Source: Candidatus Kerfeldbacteria bacterium
Lineage (GTDB): Bacteria; Patescibacteriota; Patescibacteriia; UBA9570; XYC2-FULL-38-9
Direction: 5' to 3'
Assembly (NCBI GenBank): GCA_016182555.1
Contig: JACPGJ010000008.1
Span: 156,272 to 220,271 of the forward strand
Length of the DNA: 64,000 bases
Shown here: positions 48,925 through 58,565 of the stretch, one piece after another
Layout: each line of letters starts with the position of its first letter
Position numbering within the stretch: position 1 is the first letter of the stretch
Program-made: the position numbers and the translations under genes
The notes under the pieces: model-generated
Told to the model about the DNA's origin: nothing
Database searches by the model: none
Seen by the model: the letters and a program-made list of their open reading frames with translations, nothing else

Positions 48925-49506
48925 TTAATCTTTTTCTGTTGTTAAAATTTCATCGGTCAATTCATTAACGCCAATCCCCTTTTTGGACGAAAACGGGATA
49001 ATTTTATATTGCCCAAGTGCGTGTTCAATGTGTTCGATTTTTTGCGTATACTGTGATGGTTTAATTTTATCTACTTTATTCGCAACCACAACAATGTGCT
49101 TGTGCTGGTCTGCTATTGCCCGAAACATCTCGATATCATTTTTGGTTATGCCCACTTCCGCATCAATAATAAATACCACTTTTGGGCGGTCATAGGGCGA
49201 GGCAAAAAAATACCAATGAATCAACTCGCGTAATTCTTCTTTCACGGCTTGCGGGGCTTTCGCATATCCATACCCAGGCATATCCATCATATACACCGCC
49301 TTGTTTATGAGATACACATTTATTTGCTGTGTCCGCCCAGGCGAGGAACTGGTGATTGCCAATTTTTTTTGCTTAGTTAATGCATTGATAATGCTCGATT
49401 TCCCAACGTTTGAACGCCCAATAAACGCCACTTGTGGAATGCCGTCACTCAATAACGGGTCTTCGCCCACTATTCCTCGTATAAATTTTGCCGATGTAAT
49501 ATTCAT
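48925..49506 (-). CDS. engB: Ribosome biogenesis GTPase YihA/YsxC
   Basis: GRSNVGKSS, PGRT, DMPGYGYA and NKVDK. Confidence 0.95.
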   Translation of the reverse strand: MNITSAKFIRGIVGEDPLLSDGIPQVAFIGRSNVGKSSIINALTKQKKLAITSSSPGRTQQINVYLINKAVYMMDMPGYGYAKAPQAVKEELRELIHWYFFASPYDRPKVVFIIDAEVGITKNDIEMFRAIADQHKHIVVVANKVDKIKPSQYTQKIEHIEHALGQYKIIPFSSKKGIGVNELTDEILTTEKD

Positions 49507-49588
49507 AGCATGATACTAGCAGTAAGCGGGTTTTCTGGCCATAGTACAGAGCACTTATGCTATACTGGGTATAAATTACACCTGCAAT

Positions 49589-50062
49589 TTAAATAATATG
49601 CATTTCGTGATCGATGGTCTGCAAAAATGTGTGAAACATCTCTTTTGATAATTCGAGTGAAGCGGTATTTCTGTTCGGATGAAAATTCACGATTTCTGCG
49701 TTGTATACTTCTGTATCAATATATACTTCGACTTTTTTCTCTGCATCATTGAGCAATCCGAATATCGATACAGAACCTGGTGTGAGGCCAAGTATTTCAT
49801 AGAGCGACTCAGTACTGGCAAAGGTTACTTTCTTCTCTCCAACGGTATCAGCAAAATTTTTTAAGTCTGTTCTTTTTTTCGCAGGAAGAACAAGAAGAAA
49901 ATATCAACGTGCATTTTTGTCTCTCAAAAACAAGTTTTTGCATGCAAGGCCTGGAATATGACTCGCATACTTCTCCCCATCTTCACTCGTAAAAATAGCC
50001 GGGTGTTCGTGCAGCGCATACTTGATATTTTTGGATTGGAGAAATTGTTCAACGTGTATCAT
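49589..50062 (-). pseudogene. ProX/PrdX (YbaK-superfamily) aminoacyl-tRNA editing protein with one in-frame TGA
   Basis: Manual translation MIHVEQFL...HEHPAIFT...CKNLFLRDKNAR*YFLLVL...LGLTPGSVSIFGLLND...NFHPNRNTASL. The TGA is at 49904-49906 and the frame is otherwise intact. Confidence 0.85.
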
Positions 50063-50074
50063 AACTCTAGACAT

Positions 50075-50932
50075 CTATTTTTTTGTTTCAATTTCATTTT
50101 TTAATTCCCTCCCCGCTTCTGCTCCAACTTTTTTTATTTCTTCTATCCACGTCAAAGCATTTTTCCTTTGTTCAGGATGTTTTACCGCTCTGCCTGTTAA
50201 TGAAAAAAAACCTTTTTCTGCCAAATTGATAAGATATTCTTCAGTAATGAGAGCTTCGTCAAGAGTTTTTTCTCTATCACTAGAGGTAAGACCAACTCCG
50301 AATAACCTGCTAGTTGGTCGACTTTCTCCCTCAGGTTTATTAGTGCCCTCATAAAATTTCTCTGGGCCACCTCGTGTTACTAGAATTCGATTGGGTTGTA
50401 TTCCTGCTTCTTTCATCATCCGTGTCAAATGATAACCCGCGTTTAGGGCGGTTCCGCCATCGCCTGATAATGATGAGCTTTTTTCAGTAATAGGATCTAT
50501 TTCTATATAACTTGGTTCGGACGGCCAATTTCCTTCATCATACACTATAATTGTTGGAGAATTTTCTCTAATTCTTTTCTGGATGAAAACTTTATCTGGT
50601 GAGTGTAATCTATAATAGGCTTCTGGGTTCCGAAAATGCGGATAGGGTAGTCTAGCATGTAAATCATATCTATAAAACATTGGTTGTTGTTCATTAGGAT
50701 AAGCATATCTCCATGTTTCCTTCATAAGATAGCCTCGCGGAACCGCACTTGTCTCGGTCAAGAATATGTAATCAGGCTGTACATGATCGTGCCAATAAGA
50801 TATAACTTTCTTCACCCACTCCATTACCATCCGTTTTTCTTTTCTCTCTGGATTTTCTTTTTCAGGCTCTTCCTTATTAGTGTCTATTAATCTTTCGGTT
50901 TTTAAAAATGGTGACCTTTCATTCTTAATCAT
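50075..50932 (-). CDS. Hypothetical protein (possibly PRTase-like fold)
   Basis: 285-aa open frame with PDYIFLTETSA and IIVYDEG; no confident family. Confidence 0.6.
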   Translation of the reverse strand: MIKNERSPFLKTERLIDTNKEEPEKENPERKEKRMVMEWVKKVISYWHDHVQPDYIFLTETSAVPRGYLMKETWRYAYPNEQQPMFYRYDLHARLPYPHFRNPEAYYRLHSPDKVFIQKRIRENSPTIIVYDEGNWPSEPSYIEIDPITEKSSSLSGDGGTALNAGYHLTRMMKEAGIQPNRILVTRGGPEKFYEGTNKPEGESRPTSRLFGVGLTSSDREKTLDEALITEEYLINLAEKGFFSLTGRAVKHPEQRKNALTWIEEIKKVGAEAGRELKNEIETKK

Positions 50933-51150
50933 ACTATTTGTAATTTTTAAAAGTAAAAAATAGTTCCAAATAATTTAGTACACCTAAAGTATATGCGAAA
51001 TTGGCAAGTATCCCATTTTTTAGGCAATGATTCTTATTTGGTGTAATTGCTATCAAAATATATCGGCTAAATAGACGATATCAATGATGGGGCAAGTAGT
51101 CAAAGCCAAATCTCTTTTACTCTGGCTTCCTAAAATTAGCAACTACTTCC

Positions 51151-52011
51151 TCAATTTGAAAATATGTCTTCAATGCGTTGAAGATATCTGGGGAATGATG
51201 CTGTTTGACCAACAATTTTGGCATGAAAAAAGGCAGCAAATAACCTTCTTCTGTTTTGAAAAGTGATTCTTTCTCTGAAGTTTTCAGGAATGTCTTGTGT
51301 ATAATATTGCAGAACAGTGTTTATCGCATCTTTCCCGAAGAATCTCTCGATCAGATTAAAATCAACTGCAGGATCATTGACACAGACACGACCAAAATCT
51401 ATGATTCCAGCAATCTTTTTTGATGATTGATTGAACAAAATATGATTCGGGTGAAAATCTCCGTGGCAGAGTGTTTTGTTGATTGAATTTTTCGATTCTC
51501 CTTGAAAATATTCAGTGAAATACTTCAGGGCATTCTTGCGAGTTTCTTCGCTGAGTTGAGTTTCAATGGGTTTCCACAAATCATTCCAAAAATCAGCATC
51601 TCCCATTGGATATTCTACGAGGTTCTTGTGTGTAAAATCTGTTGCATGAAGTTGAGTGAGGAATTCGCCAATTGATTTCCATGCCTCATTTTTTTGTTCT
51701 TCAGAAATTTCATCATACACCTCGTCCAAAGGTATTCCATCTAATTTTCTGTATCCAATAAAATTGTTTCCTTGATATTCAATATGAGGCACAGGAAGTG
51801 CGCTCAACTGTGCAAATTCTGGTAAAAAACTCTTTTCAATTTCGAGTTGCTGCAAATCTCTCTCTTCTTTTGAAAAACGAAAAATCCATTCGTTGTTCAT
51901 TTCAAAAACAATATTTCCGTATCCTCCTTTCATGGTGTATTCCTGAATAGGCTCAGTGAATACACTTTTAATGACATCTATATAATTATTTTCATTCATA
52001 GCATTGTTCAT
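51151..52011 (-). CDS. Aminoglycoside phosphotransferase family protein, APH(2'')-like
   Basis: WIFRF, HGDFHPNHIL, GIIDFG and DPAVDF. Confidence 0.85.
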   Translation of the reverse strand: MNNAMNENNYIDVIKSVFTEPIQEYTMKGGYGNIVFEMNNEWIFRFSKEERDLQQLEIEKSFLPEFAQLSALPVPHIEYQGNNFIGYRKLDGIPLDEVYDEISEEQKNEAWKSIGEFLTQLHATDFTHKNLVEYPMGDADFWNDLWKPIETQLSEETRKNALKYFTEYFQGESKNSINKTLCHGDFHPNHILFNQSSKKIAGIIDFGRVCVNDPAVDFNLIERFFGKDAINTVLQYYTQDIPENFRERITFQNRRRLFAAFFHAKIVGQTASFPRYLQRIEDIFSN

Positions 52012-52025
52012 CGCTTAGTGCGCAA

Positions 52026-52283
52026 TTATTTTCCCTTTATCAATAAATCTAAATTAATGTTGATATCAGCAAACGTGTCTTGCAAAAGAGACTTTGCATC
52101 GTTAATTCCTTTATTGTACGCAATCCACACAATTTTTTCCATCATCATATCGAGGATCTGTTCTGCCGCAAGAACACCTATTTTTTCATCTCGTTCATCT
52201 TGAAAAAATGCAATAATTTCATCAATGCACTCTCTGCGTTGCTCTTCTGATAACATGTCCCAAATCGGTTTTCGTTTTGTCAT
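52026..52283 (-). CDS. DUF2164 family protein
   Basis: IIAFFQDERDEKIGVLAAEQILD...YNKGINDA. Confidence 0.85.
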   Translation of the reverse strand: MTKRKPIWDMLSEEQRRECIDEIIAFFQDERDEKIGVLAAEQILDMMMEKIVWIAYNKGINDAKSLLQDTFADININLDLLIKGK

Positions 52284-52445
52284 AAGTTTGAAATTATTTA
52301 GTGTAGCATGAAGCAGTGTACTCTGCTGTATTTGATCGATTAACCAACGTTGCTGATTTGTATAATACAGTAATGGTTATTTCATAGCACTTAGCTTAGT
52401 ACATAATATCGAAATGATTATCAATATGACACATGTATGTATGAA

Positions 52446-53561
52446 TTATTTTTGTTCTTTTTCGGCTAACATGAGAATGCGTTGAATAAATTCACTTTTT
52501 CCTTCCGAATACTCTTTTCCAGCATCGGGAAATTTTTTGATCAAATCTTTTTTCAATTCTTCGTATTCTTTTAACGTATCGGGGTGCCTCTGTAAATAAT
52601 CAAGAAAGAGTACTTGTCTTTTCCAGTACGAAAATGTATCTGGCTGCGCGAGAGATAAATGAAATTTCACTGGATTTCCTTTTACAAAAAAATACCGTTC
52701 GACAGATGATCGCTCTGGTTGATATTCATAACCCAATTCTGCAAGTGGTTGAATATATTTTTCCGCATCTTTAAGTGAAGGAATTAACATGGCAATATCA
52801 ATAATCGGTTTTGCACATAACCCAGGTATAGCGGTACTTCCAATATGATGAATTTCGACTAGGGAATCTTGTAATTTTCTTAATACGTGTTCCTTTTCAG
52901 ATTGAAAAATTTTCGGCCATTCTGGATTGTATGAAACTATATTCATTCTATTGTGTGTCGTTATTACAAATCCCTCTTTAAGTGTATTAACAACAACCAT
53001 ATCTACGTAATCTTGAGGATGTTGAACATTAACATATTTTCTCTCATTCGGAGCATGCACTTGTTCCCATAGTGTTCGGCTGTTATCTCCATCACGAGTC
53101 ACCGCTCGCTCCATGGCTTCTTCAGGCGCACATTCAATCCAGATACTATAATCATAATAGTGACGGATATCTTTATGAAACGAATAACATCCTTCCACTA
53201 ATACCGTTCCGCCTGGTTGAATGCGAAACCACTGCGGTTGCTCATCTGTTTTCCACCAGAATGTGTTTTGAAATCGCACTTCTTTTCCTTGAGTAAGCGG
53301 AATAAGCACTTCTTGTTCAAAACGTTCCAAGTTCACACGTGTTTGCGCACCTGCTGGATGATATGGGTATTCTTCTGGCAAATACGGAAATTTATCTAAC
53401 TCAGCTATTTGAATAGAGGAATCTAATTCTGCTAACTGCTTTGCAAACGTACTTTTCCCAGAGCCGCCAAAACCATCAATAGCTACCAATTTTGTTGCTC
53501 CTTTTTGTGAACACAAACGTATTTCTTGTAGAATTTCTTTTGCCGTTTCCATGACGCACAT
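52446..53561 (-). CDS. Uridine-kinase-like P-loop domain fused to a GrpB (UPF0157) nucleotidyltransferase-fold domain
   Basis: N-terminal AIDGFGGSGKST and VEGCYS; C-terminal YNPEWP, HHIGSTAIPGLCAKPIIDI, YEELKK and YSEGKSEFI. Confidence 0.82.
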   Translation of the reverse strand: MCVMETAKEILQEIRLCSQKGATKLVAIDGFGGSGKSTFAKQLAELDSSIQIAELDKFPYLPEEYPYHPAGAQTRVNLERFEQEVLIPLTQGKEVRFQNTFWWKTDEQPQWFRIQPGGTVLVEGCYSFHKDIRHYYDYSIWIECAPEEAMERAVTRDGDNSRTLWEQVHAPNERKYVNVQHPQDYVDMVVVNTLKEGFVITTHNRMNIVSYNPEWPKIFQSEKEHVLRKLQDSLVEIHHIGSTAIPGLCAKPIIDIAMLIPSLKDAEKYIQPLAELGYEYQPERSSVERYFFVKGNPVKFHLSLAQPDTFSYWKRQVLFLDYLQRHPDTLKEYEELKKDLIKKFPDAGKEYSEGKSEFIQRILMLAEKEQK

Positions 53562-54022
53562 TATTTGTTTTTCTTATGGATGAATACTTCCACTCGTTTA
53601 TCCACTTCTGCATCAGCATCGAGTACATAAAAATGTTCTGGAGTGATTTTGAATAAACGGTATGGTGCTGATTCTACTAAATATTCAGGCTTGATATCGA
53701 TAAATGAGGTAGAATAATAATTCAACCCTTCAAGCATAGCATCTCCTTGTAGAAGTGTTACTGTTCCAGAGCCTTGTACCCCATTTCCCTCGCCTTCTGG
53801 CTGATGTGAATCAAAAATGGCAAATGCGACATTTGGTTTTTGTAGAATATGCTTTACATGCACTGATTCCAATTGTGAGATGAAATAGAAGTTATAGTCT
53901 TCATCCAAACAATAATATACTGGCGCTACCCATGGCAGAACACCATCAGTTGTTGCTAATGTGAGATATTTATTCGATTTCAGTATGCTGATAGCTTGTG
54001 TAATGCATTCCTTTTGCTTCAT
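53561..54022 (-). CDS. Pyridoxamine 5'-phosphate oxidase-like FMN split-barrel protein
   Basis: YLTLATT...PWVAPVYY...S.HVKHI...PNVAFAIFDS...GVQ. Confidence 0.85.
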   Translation of the reverse strand: MKQKECITQAISILKSNKYLTLATTDGVLPWVAPVYYCLDEDYNFYFISQLESVHVKHILQKPNVAFAIFDSHQPEGEGNGVQGSGTVTLLQGDAMLEGLNYYSTSFIDIKPEYLVESAPYRLFKITPEHFYVLDADAEVDKRVEVFIHKKNK

Positions 54023-54098
54023 ATATATAAATTTCACATAAATACTGGTTCAATCCTATCACCTGCATGGTAATTGAGCAATTCTGGTATATTGAATG

Positions 54099-54662
54099 CT
54101 ACAATATCGATCGAATTTCGTTAAATAGTTTTTGGTAATCAATATGATCAAAGTTAGTGGTATCCAGAGTATATAGATACCCACCAACATCAAGCGGCTC
54201 TCTACGTCCTTGCAATAATGTCGGTTTGAATTCTTCATAATTCAAATGATCCACATGACCCGGATGACGCTCACCTGATTCAGATCGCTGCTTAAAACGT
54301 TCGAATAGCATTTCACCATCTGTGGTACATTGTATTTGAAACGGTACAACGTTATACTTATTAATCAACTGACGAAGTGTGTCGTTGTCATACTCTGGCT
54401 TGAGATCACTTTCCAAAATACACGACTGGCCAGAGGCCAACAATTTTTCAACAAACAAAAAGAGTAACGCGAAACTGGCTTCACCGACCTGTTTTGACCA
54501 TTCTCGATCTTTCACTCCCAAAGAATCAAACAGTAATTCTTTGATTTCATCTTTGGAAATACATGGAAGAGAGAATTCGTGAGCAATATTTTTCGACAAT
54601 GTAGTTTTCCCTGTACACGGTGGACCAGTAATAATTATCAGTATTGTTTTTGACATAATCAA
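54099..54662 (-). CDS. AAA_33-type P-loop kinase
   Basis: ITGPPCTGKTT, SKDEIKE and RHPGH. Confidence 0.85.
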   Translation of the reverse strand: MIMSKTILIIITGPPCTGKTTLSKNIAHEFSLPCISKDEIKELLFDSLGVKDREWSKQVGEASFALLFLFVEKLLASGQSCILESDLKPEYDNDTLRQLINKYNVVPFQIQCTTDGEMLFERFKQRSESGERHPGHVDHLNYEEFKPTLLQGRREPLDVGGYLYTLDTTNFDHIDYQKLFNEIRSIL

Positions 54663-55171
54663 TTATATTTTTTCACTCGATAATGGAGTTGCACGGTATT
54701 CTTTGAGAGCTGCTTTGTATTGATCAATTCTAAGTGTGCATCGAAATCACTTTCTGCAAACAGCGGAATTCCTTTGCCAAACACGAGTGGCTCCACATCA
54801 ATATATATTTCGTCAATCAATCCTTTTTGCATAAAATAAGCATTTAGCATTCCTCCACCGCCAACAAGCACCTCAGAAAATCCTTTTGCTTGTAATACAT
54901 CCAATGCTTCTTCTGGTGAATGCACAAACACACAATTGGCATTGGGTTCATGTTCACCACTCGATACAACCACAGTAAATGGATGACCAATGCGTTCAAA
55001 TTCGTTACACGCTTTCATCACCTCATACGTTCGTCGACCAATTACGATGTTTTGTACCTCTTGAACCTTTTTTGCGTATGATGCCCATGATTCATCAGAC
55101 CACGGCGTACCATCAGTCGCTGTAGCAATATATCCATTAAGTGTTGTGGTCATGTATAGAATAACTTTCAT
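54659..55171 (-). CDS. Dihydrofolate reductase/RibD C-terminal family protein
   Basis: TLNGYIA, IGRRTYE, VGGGG, GLIDEI and GKGIPLF. Confidence 0.9.
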   Translation of the reverse strand: MKVILYMTTTLNGYIATATDGTPWSDESWASYAKKVQEVQNIVIGRRTYEVMKACNEFERIGHPFTVVVSSGEHEPNANCVFVHSPEEALDVLQAKGFSEVLVGGGGMLNAYFMQKGLIDEIYIDVEPLVFGKGIPLFAESDFDAHLELINTKQLSKNTVQLHYRVKKYN

Positions 55172-55218
55172 ATACTCATCAAAATTCATTTATAAATCAA
55201 AAAGATTAATGAGAAAAA

Positions 55219-55959
55219 TTATATCGAATAATCAAGCTCATCAAAATGGCAGATGATTTTCTTTTTAAAATTGTACTGTGAAGCATAATACGGATTTACA
55301 TTCTCTTCTTTTGTTTGAAACTGTGGTAATAATTTCTGCTTCCATTGATACAGATCACCTTTCAAATATTCGCCTGGGTAGATCACTAAACGGAACGAAT
55401 CATTCTTCACCAACGTTTTTGGAAAATCAATTAGTTTTTGTCGAATGAGGTGCGTCACCACAATCTCTTCAATGAGAAAATGATAATTTGCCTCAGTTGG
55501 TTCACGGTGATTTAACCCATCTGCGAGATATTGTTGAAACTGTTCGTCGGTGTCTTTAAGTGCAATAAGTTTCAGATAGTATTCTCGAAATTGTGGTGAA
55601 TTCAGAAGTATATAATCCCATGGAATAAAGTGAGCTGCCTGAGGAATGTATTTTTTACTCTTCACCAACAATTTTAGAAGAGCATTTTTATGATCTATCA
55701 TTTGCGCATTTGTTCGCTTTCTTACACTCAACGCAGGCTCATCATTATTAAAATACAAACCATTTGTATAGATGAATAACATATCAATACCAACTTGACT
55801 GACCTTACTTTCAAAATATTTTACCATCTCAAAACACTCTTCAGGGCTTTGTCCTTTTCCTTTTGATAAACGACTCATGGAAAGCGGTAACACCAGGTAC
55901 CCATCCGCTGGAAGTTTATTGATGTCGTAATTTGTTTTCTTCTGGTGAATGGTATCCAT
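55219..55959 (-). CDS. Putative tRNA-dependent cyclodipeptide synthase (XYP-type)
   Basis: 246 aa; LVLPLSMSR (catalytic Ser position), YTNGLY, FIPW, HFLIEE (catalytic Glu position) and IYPG (XYP signature). Confidence 0.65.
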   Translation of the reverse strand: MDTIHQKKTNYDINKLPADGYLVLPLSMSRLSKGKGQSPEECFEMVKYFESKVSQVGIDMLFIYTNGLYFNNDEPALSVRKRTNAQMIDHKNALLKLLVKSKKYIPQAAHFIPWDYILLNSPQFREYYLKLIALKDTDEQFQQYLADGLNHREPTEANYHFLIEEIVVTHLIRQKLIDFPKTLVKNDSFRLVIYPGEYLKGDLYQWKQKLLPQFQTKEENVNPYYASQYNFKKKIICHFDELDYSI

Positions 55960-55968
55960 AGAGCTATA

Positions 55969-56607
55969 TTATTTAATCAATGTACACAAATACGCCATAT
56001 TCACTTTGGTGATATCGAGAATCTGTAATGAAGCTTGAGTAAAAATATTTTCAAGTTGTTCTTGAGTGAATTGCTCTGAAATATGATCTCCTACCGATTC
56101 ATCAAAAACAACAGTCGTGCCTCGTATTTCTTTTATCTTCACACCCACTGACTTATATACTTTCATTCGCTCTTCAAATGCATCTTCTGAAAATACACTA
56201 ATGATGATCTTGCCAGTAGGTTTGAGTACTCGTTTCATTTCATCAAGCACAATAAATTTTTTATCCGCAAAATTGGCAAATGTGGTCATGCAAATCACAA
56301 AATCAAATTCACTATCTTGAAATGGCAGGTGGGTTGCATCTGCTTTGAAAATCTGAATTGTTGGTTCATGGGCAAACGCCTGTTTTGCATCTGCAATTGC
56401 TGTATCATCATGGTCAATACCAACGATATGTTTTGTTACAGGCAACAAATCAAAAATACTCCGTCCATCACCACAGCCCACTTCAAGTACTTTGGCATCT
56501 GTAGTAACAACGCGTTGCAAATACTTTCTCTCCTCTTCAAACCACTGATGATATGATTTTGGCAAATTCTTTAGGACTGAATCCCAATAATCCATGTTTG
56601 TTTTCAT
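55969..56607 (-). CDS. Class I SAM-dependent methyltransferase
   Basis: VLEVGCGDG, VGID, DATHLPFQDSEFD and RVLKPTG. Confidence 0.92.
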   Translation of the reverse strand: MKTNMDYWDSVLKNLPKSYHQWFEEERKYLQRVVTTDAKVLEVGCGDGRSIFDLLPVTKHIVGIDHDDTAIADAKQAFAHEPTIQIFKADATHLPFQDSEFDFVICMTTFANFADKKFIVLDEMKRVLKPTGKIIISVFSEDAFEERMKVYKSVGVKIKEIRGTTVVFDESVGDHISEQFTQEQLENIFTQASLQILDITKVNMAYLCTLIK

Positions 56608-56644
56608 AATTCTTGATTGTGCAACTTTGAATTAATTTTGTACA

Positions 56645-57220
56645 TTAAAAATTTCTTATCTTTTCAGCAATATCCACTGCGTTTTCATACAATTCATCGA
56701 GCATTTTTCTCACTTTTTCAGATAACGGCGCTGGGAACCTATTCTCTGGATAGTCTTTCGTATTATTGAAGCATGCATATACTGGAATGTTAACCATTTT
56801 GTGGTCATCAAAAAAATGCCGAACCATTTTTGCGTTGAGTTCAATACCAGCAAATGTCCCTGCACCATTCGTAATCACCACGCCAATTTTTCCTTGTAAC
56901 TGTTTTGAAGCAAAGAACATATCTGTTCTATCCATCAAATTCTTCAATCGTGCACTTGGCATACCGTAATACGTTGGTGAACTGAAAATAACAACATCGG
57001 CTTTGAGCAAACTTTCAAAGATACTGTGCATATCATCTTGAATATGACACGGTTTATTTTGTACACATGCATCACACGCGTCATAAAACGCTATATGCTT
57101 ATCGAGGAGATTTATTTTCTCTACTTCGTGATCAGTTTGAAACTTCTCTAACACATAATCTAAAAACAGCTCTGAATTACTCTGCTCTCGATGACTTCCG
57201 TTGATTCCAACAATGTACAT
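56645..57220 (-). CDS. Flavodoxin-like/NADPH-dependent FMN reductase (iron-sulfur flavoprotein family)
   Basis: GINGSHREQSNS, YDACDAC....PC.IQDD, SPTYY and KNLMDR. Confidence 0.88.
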   Translation of the reverse strand: MYIVGINGSHREQSNSELFLDYVLEKFQTDHEVEKINLLDKHIAFYDACDACVQNKPCHIQDDMHSIFESLLKADVVIFSSPTYYGMPSARLKNLMDRTDMFFASKQLQGKIGVVITNGAGTFAGIELNAKMVRHFFDDHKMVNIPVYACFNNTKDYPENRFPAPLSEKVRKMLDELYENAVDIAEKIRNF

Positions 57221-57450
57221 AATGCTAAAAGGTTAATTATACCTAACAGGGTTTGTATATAGAATACTTGCCCATGGAACTCGTGATAACTACAGCTTAT
57301 CATTCCATGATTAGGAGATCAATTTTCTATCTTTCTTTTCCGTGTACCATTGGTGAGTAGTGAATAGGTCATGGCATGTATTAAGGATTCTCATTTTTCA
57401 TTATTTCGTGATATAGTAGAGTTTGTATGCAACCAATGAGTTAATAGAGT

Positions 57451-58245
57451 ATGAAAAAAACACGAAAAATTCTTACACCAAAAGTCTATTTTATTGACAT
57501 GCCACTGGACATGGAGATAGAAATGCTCAACGGATTTTTATTTGAAAGCTTTGGGGGATGGAACAAATATGTTCTCCGTCGACATCCAGAATTGAAAAAA
57601 GCATACACATTAAAAACAGACGCTGAGAGAAGAGCATATATCCGCAACTATATTATTCAATTTCGAAAAACACACAAAGCTGAAATGGTGAAAAAGAAAG
57701 AACAATTTCAGAAAGCATGGAAAACAGTAGAAAAAGAATATTTCACTACTCTACAAGAACTCATGGATATTGAGTGGCCAAAGCAACGAAACAAAATTTA
57801 TGCCATGATTTCAATTAATCCTATTTGCCCTCGCTTTTTAGATGAATGGAATTTCTCTCTCTTTTACAACTATGATGATATACACAGAATGATTGAGGTC
57901 ATTATGCATGAATCATGCCATTTTCTGTATTTTGAAAAATGGAAAGAGTTGTATCCAAAAGCTGATCGAAAAACATTTGACGCGCCATATATTGAATGGT
58001 ATTTAAGTGAAATTTCTGCACCAATTATTTTAAATGAGCCGCGAATTCAACCCCTCCTTAAAAAACGCGCGCGATTTTACAAAGAACATCAACGAATTAA
58101 AATTGGTACGCACACTGCACCTGCGTATTTCAAAAAAATATATACACACTGTATCAAACAAGAAGATGGTTTTGCACTCTTTCTTCGAGAGGCCTATAAA
58201 GAAATTAAAAAGCACAAAAAACTTTTTCTGGAATCGATGAAATAA
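57451..58245 (+). CDS. Hypothetical zincin-like metalloprotein
   Basis: HESCH (HExxH) motif followed by WYLSE. Confidence 0.65.
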   Translation: MKKTRKILTPKVYFIDMPLDMEIEMLNGFLFESFGGWNKYVLRRHPELKKAYTLKTDAERRAYIRNYIIQFRKTHKAEMVKKKEQFQKAWKTVEKEYFTTLQELMDIEWPKQRNKIYAMISINPICPRFLDEWNFSLFYNYDDIHRMIEVIMHESCHFLYFEKWKELYPKADRKTFDAPYIEWYLSEISAPIILNEPRIQPLLKKRARFYKEHQRIKIGTHTAPAYFKKIYTHCIKQEDGFALFLREAYKEIKKHKKLFLESMK

Positions 58246-58252
58246 TGCCATT

Positions 58253-58330
58253 ATGAACAATTCAAAAAGTACATGCATTAACCATGTCACCATTGTTGTG
58301 AAAAATAAACGAATAGCTGAAGAACGATAA
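58253..58330 (+). pseudogene. N-terminal fragment of a VOC/glyoxalase gene
   Basis: MNNSKSTCINHVTIVVKNKRIAEER* resembles the first beta-alpha unit of VOC proteins. Confidence 0.45.
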
Positions 58331-58356
58331 AATTATTGATCAATAACTATACACCT

Positions 58357-58546
58357 ATGGAATTTAACGAAATTCAAAAAGTACCATGTAGAGATTGATG
58401 AAAATTTTGCACTTCTGAAACTGAATGAAGAAATGGGAGAATTGGCGCAAGCCGTACTCATTCACAGAAAAAAGAGTCGCCCAGAAAAACATCTTCCCGA
58501 AGAAGTATCGAAAAAAAAATTGAATGAATTTATTCTTCTTTGCTGA
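58357..58546 (+). pseudogene. MazG-like nucleotide pyrophosphohydrolase remnant
   Basis: MEFNEIQK, then a frameshift into KYHVEIDENFALLKLNEEMGELAQAVLIHRKKSRPEK. EExGE is present; the ELAD half is missing. Confidence 0.7.
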
Positions 58547-58565
58547 TTCATAGATGTAAATAACA

